A DNA stretch of 64,000 nt from Kudoa neothunni (Eukaryota > Animalia > Cnidaria). The notes below the pieces were generated by a model. The model did not search any database. It was not told where the DNA came from and saw nothing but the letters and a program-made list of their open reading frames with translations. This document shows, piece by piece, positions 26,841 through 39,203 of the stretch. The stretch spans positions 92,577 through 156,576 of the forward strand of contig OZ199839.1 of assembly GCA_964304625.1 (NCBI GenBank), read 5' to 3'. The stretch's first letter is position 1. Every line of letters starts with the position of its first letter. The position numbers and the translations under genes are program-made.

Positions 26841-29217
26841 CCCATTAAGGTTTGTTGGGTCGAAAACCACCCACCAATAATCCCCTTTTTATTTACAAAG
26901 TTAAAATGTTTATATCTCTCTATTTTAGAGAAATAATTTTTAACGTTTCAACATTTTAAAAGTATCACTGTAGTATTTTAAAAATAATTAGATTATTAAT
27001 TATTGTTCTATTTGTCGCGAATTCACTCATTATTAGTAATAGTGCGATAAATTCTGTTCAATCAACAATATTTATTTTTAAACTTTATTGGAATATTGGA
27101 AATAATTAGGAAAAGTTTCTACGTTCAAATTAGTTGACTGTTATCGTTGTTAGAATGATAGTAAATACATTTGTTTACTGGATCAAAAACGACCCAATAA
27201 ACACTCCGGGCACGTTGGGATTAAAATGAATGATGTCAGGTTTCAATGGATATATAAAGTAAAGTGATGCTATTGATGCCATTGAAGATGATGATTTTGA
27301 TGAAATTCCAAATATCATGACCTTACCATCAGAAAGTGTTGACGTTGTTACAGATACGGAAGACAACTGTTTTCCCGTATGTGACAACATAATAAGCAAT
27401 CATGATATTCCAGAAATTTCTCGTCATGTCTAATTATAAAGTATATAGAAAAGGATTATGATGAAAATTATAAATCAAAAAACATTTTTTGGGAGACTGC
27501 TATTCCAACGGATTATCATGAACCGGCTGATATGAGTCAATCTGAAATTAATATTGATGACTTATACGAAGGTATACAATATACAATTATGTTTTAAATG
27601 ATATGTAGGATCACACGAAATTTTCCAACAATTTTTTGACAAAAACGTCATGCTTCACATTGTGAAGCGGAGCAATCTGTATGGTAGACAAAACAATGAC
27701 CATTCATTCAACCTAACCATCAACGAACTAAAACCATTTATCGGAATATTAATTCTCTCAGGCTATCATAAACTTCCGAGTCAAAAAATGTCTTGGGAAA
27801 CCGCAGAGGATTCTGGGGTAGACTTAGTGAAGAAGGCCATGACCTTAAAACAATTTAAAGAAATCAAAAAGTATATACATTTTGCTAATAATGATATGAT
27901 AGATAAGGATGATAAATTATTCAAAATACGATCATTGATCGAAAAACTAAACAAAAATTTCAAGATTTTTGGGTTTTTTGATAAAATAATTTCGGTCGAC
28001 TAGCAGATGGTTCCATATTATGGAATGCATTCGTCGAAAATGTTCATTAAAGGAAAGCCAATAGCCAATTCGTTTCGGCTTTAAAATCTGGGTTATGGCG
28101 AATAGAGCGAGATATATTTATAGTTTCAAAGTCTATTACGATAAGGAAACACAGAATACGTATTTCGGATTAGGAGAAGGTGTGATTATGAATTTCATAA
28201 GCGAAATAAATAATAAATCAGGTGTTGAAGTTTATTTCGACAACTTTTTTTCATCACATAAACTTTTCACACTTTTGAGGAGCATAAATATTAATGCGAT
28301 CGGAACTGTTAGAGCAAACCGAACTGGCCACTGTCCACTTGAACCACAAAATCATTTAAAAAAACGATAGAGGGTATTTTGAAACTTTTCACGATGGGAA
28401 TGGAATCGTTTGTGTCCAATGGAACGATACTAAACTCGTCATTTTGATGAATAATTTTTCATCTTGTTTCCCTACTCTTTCCGTAAGGAGGTACTCTCAA
28501 AAAGAAAAAAAATATATTTCAATATCACAACCAAAAATTATTAGCAAATACAATAAGAATATGGGTGGGGTAGACCTCGCTGACAATGCAATAGCTAATT
28601 ACCGAATATCCATAAAGGGGAAGAAATGGTATTGGAAATTATTCACAAACTTCTTATCTATGTGTGTCACCAACTCTTGGAAACTGATACGAAAGAGTTC
28701 AAATTCGAAACTTACATTATTACAACACACACGAATAATTGTTTCCGGATTAATAACTTCTCGTGTTAATGAAAATGGAAGAACAAGACCGTCGATTGCT
28801 TTAAATATTTTAATGAATGCATGTTTAGGTGATTCCCTTATCAGTGATCCAGAAAGAAGAAGAACAAGATGAGTTAGTTGTATGTCGCAATAAAACCTAC
28901 CATTATTGTGAAGGATGTGACTCAAGACTACATTTAAAATGTTCATCCCATTTTCCATAAAAAAATAGGATCAATATTATTCATTTTTGTTATTTAAATT
29001 CAAACTATTATTGTAAATTTAATGAAATATTGTTAAAATTTAGGCGCAGACGCGAATTTTGGGTGTTTATTGGATCGAAAATGACCCAGTCGCTTTTTTG
29101 TATTTATTTACGCTCGATACGTTATATTAAAGTGAAATTGTTCTTTTATATTGTCTAAATAAATTTTTGTATGTTTCTAAAATTTCGTTAATTTTCATTG
29201 ACCAAAACCTTAATGGG
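26841..29217 (+). mobile_element. piggyBac transposon, near full length, transposase with few lesions
   Basis: 13-bp TIRs cccattaaggttt / aaaccttaatggg, flanked by CTAA and TTAA. Motifs FIGILILSGY, SVD*QMVPYYG, FDNFFSS, AIGTVRANR, YNKNMGGVDLAD, KKWYWK. Lesions: stops at 28003 and 28370, and a 7-bp agccaat duplication at ~28056. Confidence 0.92.
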
Positions 29218-29984
29218 TTAAAATAAGTTCCGCGCCCCACCTTTTTCAAATGTATTTAATTTTTAACTTAAACTGTTTACAATTTCGAATCAAGCTTCAT
29301 GTCACATTAAAATTAGAGAAAGACAAATATATATATTTCTCTTTCATTCGAATTAAAATATGTTCGATCAGATCTAATTTAATTCATAGATGGACTTTAA
29401 AAATTAACATTTTTACTTCTTCATTCCGTCAAAAACCGCGTTAAGTGAAACTTGTGGTAATCCAACCCGTATCAGGCAAAACTTTTCTGTATTCGGGGCT
29501 TATAAATCGAAATTAAATAATTAATATTGAAAATTAATCAATATTGTTTTTGGATAAGTCAAAAAAAGAGGAGATCGCGGTTATAAATATGACAACACTT
29601 GAATTATGACCATGCCGATTCTATTGATCAAAAACCGTGTTAAACATTTTTATATTTTGTATATAAATTGATCAGTGTTTTTGTATTGTTTTATGATATT
29701 AACATTCGCTTAAAAATAAATAAGATCAAAATTCGAAATATTGATTTCAATACACGCCATACTGCCCAATTATCTCATCATTATTCACGTCACATCTTCA
29801 GTATATGCGAAGTGAAATTATTTTTTCGCTTAAAGGGATTCACAGACGTTTCGTCAAAATTTTTGGGTTGATAACTAAAAAAATGTTTTTAGAATTCTAA
29901 CCATCGTAAATTTAATAATATAAATATTCAAGTTATGGTAATTCATTGTATTTTTTAACGAATCGAAACCTCTCTATAAAAAAT

Positions 29985-32382
29985 CATCCTGTGGCTGGAC
30001 CAAATTGCAAATAATTAACTTGGAAATGAAATCGATAAAATTAAATGAACGTAAGGATTAATTTTTTTGCCTTTTCTCTTTCTAGCAAGAAAATTTTTTT
30101 ATTTATTATGAATTTTTGCGGAAGCTTCAGAATCTTTGTTGCGCATTGAAAATGAACAAATTCAATACAGAATAAGTAAATTTTTTATGAATGATCAATC
30201 AGTTAATTCGTGTTGACAATCTGGACAGGTGATTACAATTATTTTCAATTTATGTATTGAGCACACTGGCTTATTGCAAGATGTGCATTTCATTTGTGTT
30301 TTACGGTCAATATTTCTTGGACAAAATATGCATCTAACTCTTGAGCATGATAATTTTTCGTTTCCAGTTGCAATTTCAGGAATATAATTAAAATTGTTGA
30401 AAATTTTGAATCTGTATTGTAGACTAAAATGATATTTGTTGCCAGTTTGCTCTTTACGCAAAACGATTGGTGTTATTAATTGAATACCCAAATCACGAAG
30501 GAAAACTTGACGTCTACTTCGATCATTTGACCGCTACTCGGGAAACTTAACCATCCAGATAACGTACGCGTTCAGCGCCGATATGTCAATCAATTCCATA
30601 AAAACGCGAAAAGGCCAACGATTGGTTCTACTACTTCTAGAACAACTACATAATTTAGTCATTCGATCCCCATTATCACTGCGCCTTTCGGTTGATTATA
30701 ATAGATGATGACTTGAGGTTTCTTTTCGCCACTTTAAATAGAGCTATCGTGTAATTCGCTTGATAGCACTATCACGTTTTTGTTTTTCTTTGGAATATGC
30801 GAGACGATAGTTAAATCGTCTGAAAAACAAAACATGTTAGAATACTCAGGTCGACCCTTTACATTAAAAATGTTTTGCAGGATGAATCCGTTGTTTTTCC
30901 TAAGAGTCCCCGTCAACGTTAGATTCTTCTCTAACAAAAATAATGCTAGAGGGACCATCATGAAAAAATTGTCCGGTGTTACTCCACGACTACTTCCATA
31001 AAAGGAGAAACCAAGTCTATAACGACTCTTTCTCCGTGATTTTTTTTTCTCGCACGCCATTAATTTTTCCGAGATATGGCTTTAGATTTAATAAATAAGA
31101 CGTATCTACGTCTGAGGCCACCCATAACTTCATTCCGAGGCGGTCGGGTTTATTTTTCATATAAACCCGGGAAGGACATCGTCCACGGAGGGACACTATC
31201 CTTTCATCTACAGTTATGTGAGTGCCTGGAGAATAATGTCGTGTGAAGGCGGAGTTTACTTCTTTGAACATCTCATCGATGGCTTCATATGGATTTTTGA
31301 TTCCAAAATGCGGTCTTTACTCGTTCCCCTGTTGTCAAATCAAATACTCTTATATATAAGACTGAAACGATCTCTAGGGGTCGCAACAGACACAAAGTGT
31401 CGTTTAAACATGGGATTCAGGCTCCACAATTGTTTAAATGACAATTTGGAACCATTACACCTCCTTGCAGCTGTCCAAACATCAATAAAGGTCTTAAGTT
31501 CCTCCATAGTAATGAGTTCCTTATTTTGATATTTGGCTCTTGACAAACAGTATTCGTTTGTATAATACAATATTTTTTCCAAAATAATTTCTGAATAAAA
31601 TAATAGAAAAGATCCAAAAATTGAATCTACGTTATTGGATTCATCGGTGAGTCCGGAAATTGGAAGATCCTTGTTGTGGCTTTTATTCTTTCGTTTTATT
31701 TGGTCACAGCAATTCCACTCAAAGCCACTTTTTGAATGGCAAATATTAAGATTCTCCGCAGAATCATTGTTGTCGATCTCAGTATCGTTATCTCAATTAA
31801 AATCTTCGTCTGTTGACGAGTTCATCTATGCTACATGATCTTCACAATATGAAATATCTGACGACCCTTTAAATTCAACGTCACGGTCTACTTCACTGTT
31901 TTCGTCGGAATCGTTTAACATATCTTCGTATAATTTTCTTGGCATAACCTTAAAAGAATTTTTTCAGTCAAAAATAAAAATAAATTTATAGTTACTATTA
32001 ATATAACTGTAAACAAATAGAGTGTGATTAAACTAATCCACATATCGTTATTTATCGGTAAACAGTCAAAAATTAATTGTTCTGATTAACATTTTAACTA
32101 TTTAACTCTTATATTGATTTTTACGATTTTTTATCTATAACTATTGTAAATTATGGAGCAAAATATTAATGTTTAGAACGAATTTATGAAACAGGCATTA
32201 CGATAAAGCCATAATTTTACAGAATGTTTGTACAAATATCTTTTGTTCGAATATAAATTCAAAGAAGAATTAATTATCTTGGAATTGTTAAAAACATGAG
32301 AAATGTGAAGTCAAAATCAGCGAAAAAAATATTAAAATACGAAAATTGGGGTCGAGATTGACCCCACACCGCCCCACAGGGG
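29985..32382 (-). mobile_element. piggyBac transposon, decayed (PGBD4-like)
   Basis: Right TIR cccacagggg+TTAA (32383) with the internal palindrome ggggtcgagattgacccc; the left TIR is only partly recognisable. Motifs ITVDERIVSLRGRC, KPDRLGMK, DNFF, LTGTLRKN, and C-terminal CIFCPRNIDRKTQMKCTSCNKPVCSIH. Confidence 0.88.
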
Positions 32383-32386
32383 TTAA

Positions 32387-32640
32387 AGATTGTTTTCGTT
32401 CTTTTAAGTTTTTCTGATTAAATAATCCCGTTATTTGGCAAAATCTGGTATTTTGTTACTACTAAAATTTTCATTTTACATTAAACAATAATCGAAAGGA
32501 TGATATTATAAACAAGTTTTGAGTATATTCTGTTCGACACAGGATTATATACAGAGATTAATATTTTTTTAATTTTTCGAGATTTATTTTAATTTAAATT
32601 AGTCCACTCCCAGGCAAAGGTTAGTTTTCGCGCTATTAGT
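32387..32640 (+). mobile_element. Helitron-like 3' fragment (family member 2)
   Basis: Diverged homolog of 19745-20000 (e.g. tttaatttaaattag.ccactcc). Confidence 0.5.
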
Positions 32641-33729
32641 ATATAAGTAGATATAGCCAAAAAAAGAGTGAGATGTATTACACCCCAAAAATCGTTTGAA
32701 GATTAATATACCAATGAGGAATTGTTTAAAAAAGTTTTCCATAACGATCTTTAGTGTTTCCTCAATATTTTAGAAAGACCCTATCCTTAGTACAATAGAT
32801 GACGGGTAGTTTGTAATCCCATTGGGACCTCAACAAATTCACGAATCACACGTCGTCGACCGCATGTTCCGAAACATAAATGAATTGGCCATATGCGATT
32901 TTTCTTGATCTTGACTTTACTAATGATTATTTTTAAATGAAAATATGCATTAGAAAACATTTATCTGACAAAAATAAATATAATTTTATTTCGAGAAAGT
33001 CCGGAATTCTTGTAATCCCAAGTTGTTCCAAAAGTCCATAATTTACGTATCTTTCATTCGATAGAACAAATAATATATCAATGAAGTTAAATAAATTTTT
33101 AACATTATTAGTTTTGATAAAAAAGGTTAATATAAAGGAATATGAGAATTACTTAGATCCAGTGAATGACCTTCGTCTATCGTTGCCAAGAAATTAATCT
33201 GTCTTTAATGGTAAAATTTCAAGAAGCAACACAAAAAATCAATTTTATCTTTTAATATAATTATATTATACATTGATCTTTAGCATTATTAACTTTTTAT
33301 ATTAAAAAGGAAGTGACTATTGACATAGATCATAATATCCAGGTAGGTATAATTTTGAATGCATTTAATTATTTCTGACCCACCGCTTCGTTTTTAAGGG
33401 CAGAAATAATTAAGTATAGCAGATTCTAAACAACAAACTTTATTGATCAATTATAAACTGGAGTAGCCGGGATTAAAAATGGACAATGCGCAAGCGTAAT
33501 TGCCTTTTTGGATTAAAAACTTCCGTGTCAAAAGCAGTGCCTCTCCAAAATACATGCACCCGCTATTAGACGTGCGTGAAGCTTAACTCGAGATTAGTTA
33601 TCGGGATATTGCTCATAATCCATACTCTGATCAGTTATGGATTAAAGTGGTGGAGCCGCCTTTATCCATCGTAAGGGCACGGAACCCTAAACGAATAGGG
33701 AAGCGCAAAATTAAGAAAATTATTTCTTA

Positions 33730-34775
33730 CTAGCTGGAACTGCCCAGCGTTGCTTGGGGAAGATTTCACCTAGAGGCATTTTTCAATAGCATTCAAAAAA
33801 TATATTGAAATCTCGAATTAACCCATAGAAACAAAATAACTAAAAATTTTTAATCAACTTACTATAACGATTTGGATTATGTAATTTAAATTATTATAAT
33901 TTCTGTGAAGGAAAGTATCAATCCCGGCGTCCATTTAAAAATTTCGTGGCTCGGTAACTAGGTGCACCACTAACTTTTTAAGAGATAAAAAAATAGAAAA
34001 AATAAAAGAGATAGAAGAAAACTTATGAAAATTAATCGATATTGCAAAAATTAGCATCGTTTAGCTCGGCATAAACATTCATGCGCTTTTTATCATAAAC
34101 AACCACAAATTGCGTCGAGTTCAACATAAACAATTTAAATAATTTGGTGAAATAAAAGTACAACCATCCGCATTGAATTTAACCACATAAAATAAAACTT
34201 AGCGGACAATTTAATGAAACCTATGAACGCAGTATTTCCATTATAACGCTTCAATCAACGTAACTTTAACGTTCTCCACGAATTCGTTATTTATGAAACA
34301 CATATAGATTTTTTACCACATTTAAAACCATTAATAGAACTTATAAAATATACTTATCAAGTCATATACGTTAAAACTCCGCAAATAAGGAGTGTGTTTA
34401 AACAGACACCCAAATAGAAACGCCAGCCTTATATATAAAGATAGATAGAAGCAGTTAATGAACATATGATGGAGCATATAAAGAAGATAGTTAACTTCAA
34501 CCGACCATAACCATGAAATAAGCAAGTGCTAATCCTATCGTTGAACTCATTTAATCCGAAAAACAAACTTTAAATCGACAAAATCACTATTTCATAAATA
34601 CTTTTTGGAAACTTTCGTAGTCCGACAACAATTAAACGATTTTTTTAAATATCACAAATTTATAAAAATTTTATATACGGCTCTCTATAAGGAAAAAATT
34701 ATCCGCATATGCGTACTTAGGGGCATACACACACAAACAAACATACCGACAGTCCTCTTTTATATATATAAAGGA
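33730..34775 (-). mobile_element. Complete non-autonomous Helitron (~1.05 kb)
   Basis: On the minus strand it starts TC(ctttatatatataaaag...gtttgtttgtgtgt) and ends with the hairpin cccaagcaacgctgggc followed by CTAG. It sits between A and T with no TSD. The paralogous empty site is at ~20461-20480. Confidence 0.85.
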
Positions 34776-34846
34776 TAATACTGAATAAAATAAATTAACT
34801 AAAATGACAAGAATTAACATTTCATAAGGAAACAAAAATGTATATA

Positions 34847-37800
34847 TTAGTTGGAGAATTCTATACTCAATTCTTTTTTTCGACAATAATTTCTATTCAA
34901 ATTTATCACAAAAACATTCAAAGTAAACATACTTTAGGTAGACTGATGTAAGTGTCGTAACGACAATAAATACTATGATGCTCAATGCTAAAGACAAAAA
35001 TTTTTCTGGGATATAAATTTGAAAAATTACCAATAAGGGAGTATTTGACAGGAACACTTAGAGTAGATTTAGTCTTAGGTATTTTAGGATTTTCCGCGGA
35101 TTCAGTTGTTGCAGGCGATGTCTCTGGCTTAACCCTTGGTGGCATCGTCCTTGGTGGCATCGTCCTTGGTGGCATCGTCCTTGGTGGCATCGTCCTTGGT
35201 GGCATCCTCCTTGGTGGCATCGTCCTTGGTGGCATCCTCCTTGGTGGCATCCTCCTTGGTGGCATCGTCCACCTTGTTCTAAAATATACAAAAATTATTC
35301 AAAATCAGTTCTAACACTACAAAGGAATAATAAAGAAAAAACTATTTTAATACATAGGAGTCCTTGAGGTAGTTGATTTCTCTTTTTGTTTGGGAATATG
35401 GTACAAGGGGTCGTACATCTCTGGACTTAAGTAAAGGTTATTAGAATATAAAAACCATTTTGACATACATCAGTGGTTTCACGCATCTTCCACGATCATC
35501 GCAAACCTACAATACGTTTATATAATTTATTAAATTTTGATAGACCTCATCTTGTTGGCAGAATACGGATTGACAAGGTGTGCCCAGAGGAAATTCCATC
35601 TCACATCTTCCATCATTACAAACCTAATCATTGACTTCATAATCTAATTTGTATAGCATATACCATTCCCGCAGAACAACTGACACCTCGGCAATTGTAC
35701 TCATTTCGAATAGGATCAATACATTTGTGATTGAGACACATCTAAACGAATAACAGTTATCGTTGAAATGAAACATTATTATCATTGATTAATTGTTATT
35801 TAAAAAATAAATATTTTTAGCTAGAATCTACGAAATTTAAAATTCTTTTTTACATAATTCAAAATTAGTTAACTAATTTATTCTATATAACAAAACAAAA
35901 TATTAACTGTAATTTTATAAAATACTCAAAAATTTTCCAAACAAAAATAATAAAAATTTTCATTTATTTGACCGTTACCTTATTCCCTCCACATTTGTAA
36001 CCATTTGGAACAAAAACAAGCTTCCTTGGTCTTATAGGATTTTGTCGGTTGTAACTAATTTATTTGAATGCAAATTAATTTCGTGTCATAAATATGAAAG
36101 AAAAATAACCGGCAGTCTTCCATTGTCCCATCAATATTAACGGAGCTCTCCCAGTGACCTCCTGGACCAAAAACATCGCAATATAGAAGGCCGCAAGGAT
36201 GTTCACTAAAAGAAGTCATACAATAATCCATCCGAAATAAAATACCCATAATTGTTGCAAATCTTTTGATCGTATTTAAAGTGTGATTTATCATGGCAGT
36301 ATTTGCTTTTATAGATGGCATATGCATCCAAACATCTAGTGGTTAAAGAAGCTCCTATATTTAGATATATTATAGTTTTCCTAATGCAAAATTATTATAT
36401 TTTTAAGAAAATAGATAATTTAAATAGAAATGTTAATTGGCATATAACCTGTCTTCATAGATTGAGCGCATTGGTTGTGTTCATCCGCGCACTGACCACC
36501 CACACAATACCCCTGTATTTGAATAAGTTTTATTATGAGCACGCTAATGAAATAAATTCTACATACAAATCGACAGCTTGAACCATCAGTTTTATGACGA
36601 TCCTTTGGACACTAAACAAATGGGAAGTTAACTTCAATGACTAAAAGGACTTTTTCATACAAAGGGGCTTCTTCCACTACACGTTTCAGCTAAGCCACAT
36701 TCACCGACCGCTTCTCGACAAATTCTAGTAGTGAACTTTAGAATTTTAATATTAATATAATTTAAACAAGTTTAATGATACTCTGCAATTCTCGCAACAT
36801 TCTCCATGTGAACATTGGGCATCTCGTCTAAGTTTACAATTTCGCATATCGCAACATTTATCTTGGTTGGTGAGAATGCAATTAGCTTCAAAGCCGCAAT
36901 CGCATTCCTCCCCAATATCCAATATGCCGTTACCACATTTATCAAATTTGGCAAGGTTGAGTTTGTTCTAATGAATTATTCATTATTTTTTAACGTATAC
37001 CGCTGCCAATAATTCGCTAACATCATAGGTTGTATCGTATTTACATCCTTTAACAAATTGAGTTATTTCAGCGACCGATGAATAGCTAAAAAATGGTGGA
37101 AATTTCGCGGCCCAACCCCTATTAGGAAGTTACACATATCAATCATCCTAAATTATATTTGAATGATTACCAATATTTACGTTGATGATTCATAAGACAA
37201 TTAGTATCTCCCAAGAAACAATCTCCTAGAATATTTAATTTAAAATTATAAATTCTTATTTCTTTATATTCGTTTTGGTTAATTTTTTAATATATAATCA
37301 AATCAGAATAATCACATCTTATTGCATTTAAAAGATTAAATACCTGTGACATTATCATGATCAGAGGAAAACGAGTGCCCAAGCTCATGAGACACAGTCA
37401 CCGAATTCAAAAGTGGATCATTGGAACTTGAAAACTTAAAAATTATATTATTTCTGGATATGGAATTAAATTTTACATCAACAACAAAAAAGTTTGGACT
37501 TTTATCACACTTAAAACCACGATCGGCAATTCCAATGACAGTTTCAGATGTATTTTCTTTATTTCTTCACAGAATACAATTATATGTTATTTTTTTAATC
37601 AAAAAATTTGTTAAAAGTTTTAAGTTTAGATTTTAATTAATAAAAAATATTCCTACTTCCAAGGAAGGAACATAAGTTAGATTCACTATCTAATATTATA
37701 TTAAAAATTACAAAAACAAAGCATGAAATCCGGGTTTTGCTGTTTTTCTGCTGTTAACAATAAACTCTGTCAGAATCGCATCCATTACTCGGTTTTGTTG

Positions 37801-38250
37801 ATCGATTGTGTTGTAATAATAAACTTCTTTGATTATTATTTTTATATTATACCAAGCGTAGGTCTAGAGATTATTACGCAATGTTGAATTGATAAAATCT
37901 AAACGATTACTTGTTGCGTAATTTTCAATGTATCTTCAATAAGTCTTGGATTTTTACTTATCGTGTCACGCTATCTATTCATGTAATGGTGTAATTATTT
38001 GTACAAATTACCATCGATATATGAATTTGAATGTATAAAGGTATGTATATTGAATTAGGCAGTGGTTTGATTATGTCTCTTTGATAATTTAGGATCTAAA
38101 AAAGTTTAGATTGTTAAATGTCACTTAACCGTACCTCATTATCCCAGTCTCGGCCGTAACCTAACTCTAATAAGATATCATATACAAGTAAAAACTGTCG
38201 TTCAATGTACTTATTTGAAAAAAAACATAAATGAATGTCCAACCAAACAT
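34847..38250 (-). CDS. ADAM-family metalloprotease-disintegrin, copy B (tandem paralog of copy A)
   Basis: Same exon structure as copy A, offset ~14.2 kb. Zinc motif at 37354-37389, 9x MPPR(T/R) stalk, [20 protein letters not shown], tail [15 protein letters not shown] with stop at 34847-34849. Confidence 0.88.
35133..35270 (-). repeat. Coding 15-bp VNTR x9 encoding the MPPR(T/R) stalk of ADAM copy B
   Basis: Same unit as in copy A, with variant units ccttggtggcatcct (MPPRR). Confidence 0.95.
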
Positions 38251-39203
38251 TATTTTTTAAGAATTAGGACATTTAATCCACGTTTGACTTCCATTAAGCT
38301 TATGTTAGGAGATATTCAGCTACATATATTTCTTATGATTTTTAAAAAATGTTGTATTAAAATTGATACCAAAACTTCTCCATTAAAATATTTATATTAT
38401 GACAGAAACTCAAATCTCTTCATCTGCTGTATTCAGAAATATCCCACTACTTTTTATTATACTAATTGTTATAAGTAATCTGTTTTGCTGAATAAATTCT
38501 CTTCAAAATAAATATTTAATACATTTTGATCATTATAGATATGACTTTATCACTCAATCAAAAATATATTTGCAACGTTAGCAAAAATAATTCTTCATAA
38601 GTTATAATCGTTTATCAGTCATAATTAATTTTCATAATTTTCTTTTAAACGATTTAATTTGTATAATAAGAATCAAAATTATCCTCTCTGATAAATTATT
38701 CGATTGCAATATGAATCACAAAAAACACAAATACATTCGAATTCAGTTGTATGAACTAATATTCTAACATTATTCATGGTTATTTGAGAAAAAGTATATC
38801 TATTCAATATAATTTAATAGTTGGAAATTTTTTATCGATAAAATAAAATCACGTTGTTACGGAAAAGTTAATAGAACAAAAATAAGATTAGAGACCCACC
38901 CAATTTACTTTAATCGCGTTTACGATTGCAGATAATCTATAGCACCCATTCACATTAAAGTTGTCAAATTGGATTATGATAATAATAGCGACATTCTTTG
39001 TTGTTTACAATTTTGAAAATTTGGATCTTCCCTAGTTTATAGGATATTTTGTTACAATACAAATATAATCGTCTTATTATAAATTTTAAAACAATTGTTG
39101 TAAAGTTCATGCATTTCGATTAAATAATTATACTTAAGGGGCTAAACTAGAGTTTTAGATCACACCGCGTGTAATACTAATATAGTAATCTTCCTAAAAT
39201 TAA

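Larger units (their letters stand above)
20450..39140. repeat. Tandem segmental duplication: ~20450-24900 vs ~33710-39140 (copy B interrupted by a Helitron)
   Basis: The core 20753-24340 is nearly identical to 35056-38565, including introns. Flanks on both sides still align but are clearly more diverged. Confidence 0.95.

Noticed and set aside
27650-28872. Active or domesticated piggyBac transposase (e.g. by readthrough)
   Set aside because: It has a stop right after the first catalytic Asp, a 7-bp frameshifting duplication and further stops, and it retains TIRs. This is a dead element.
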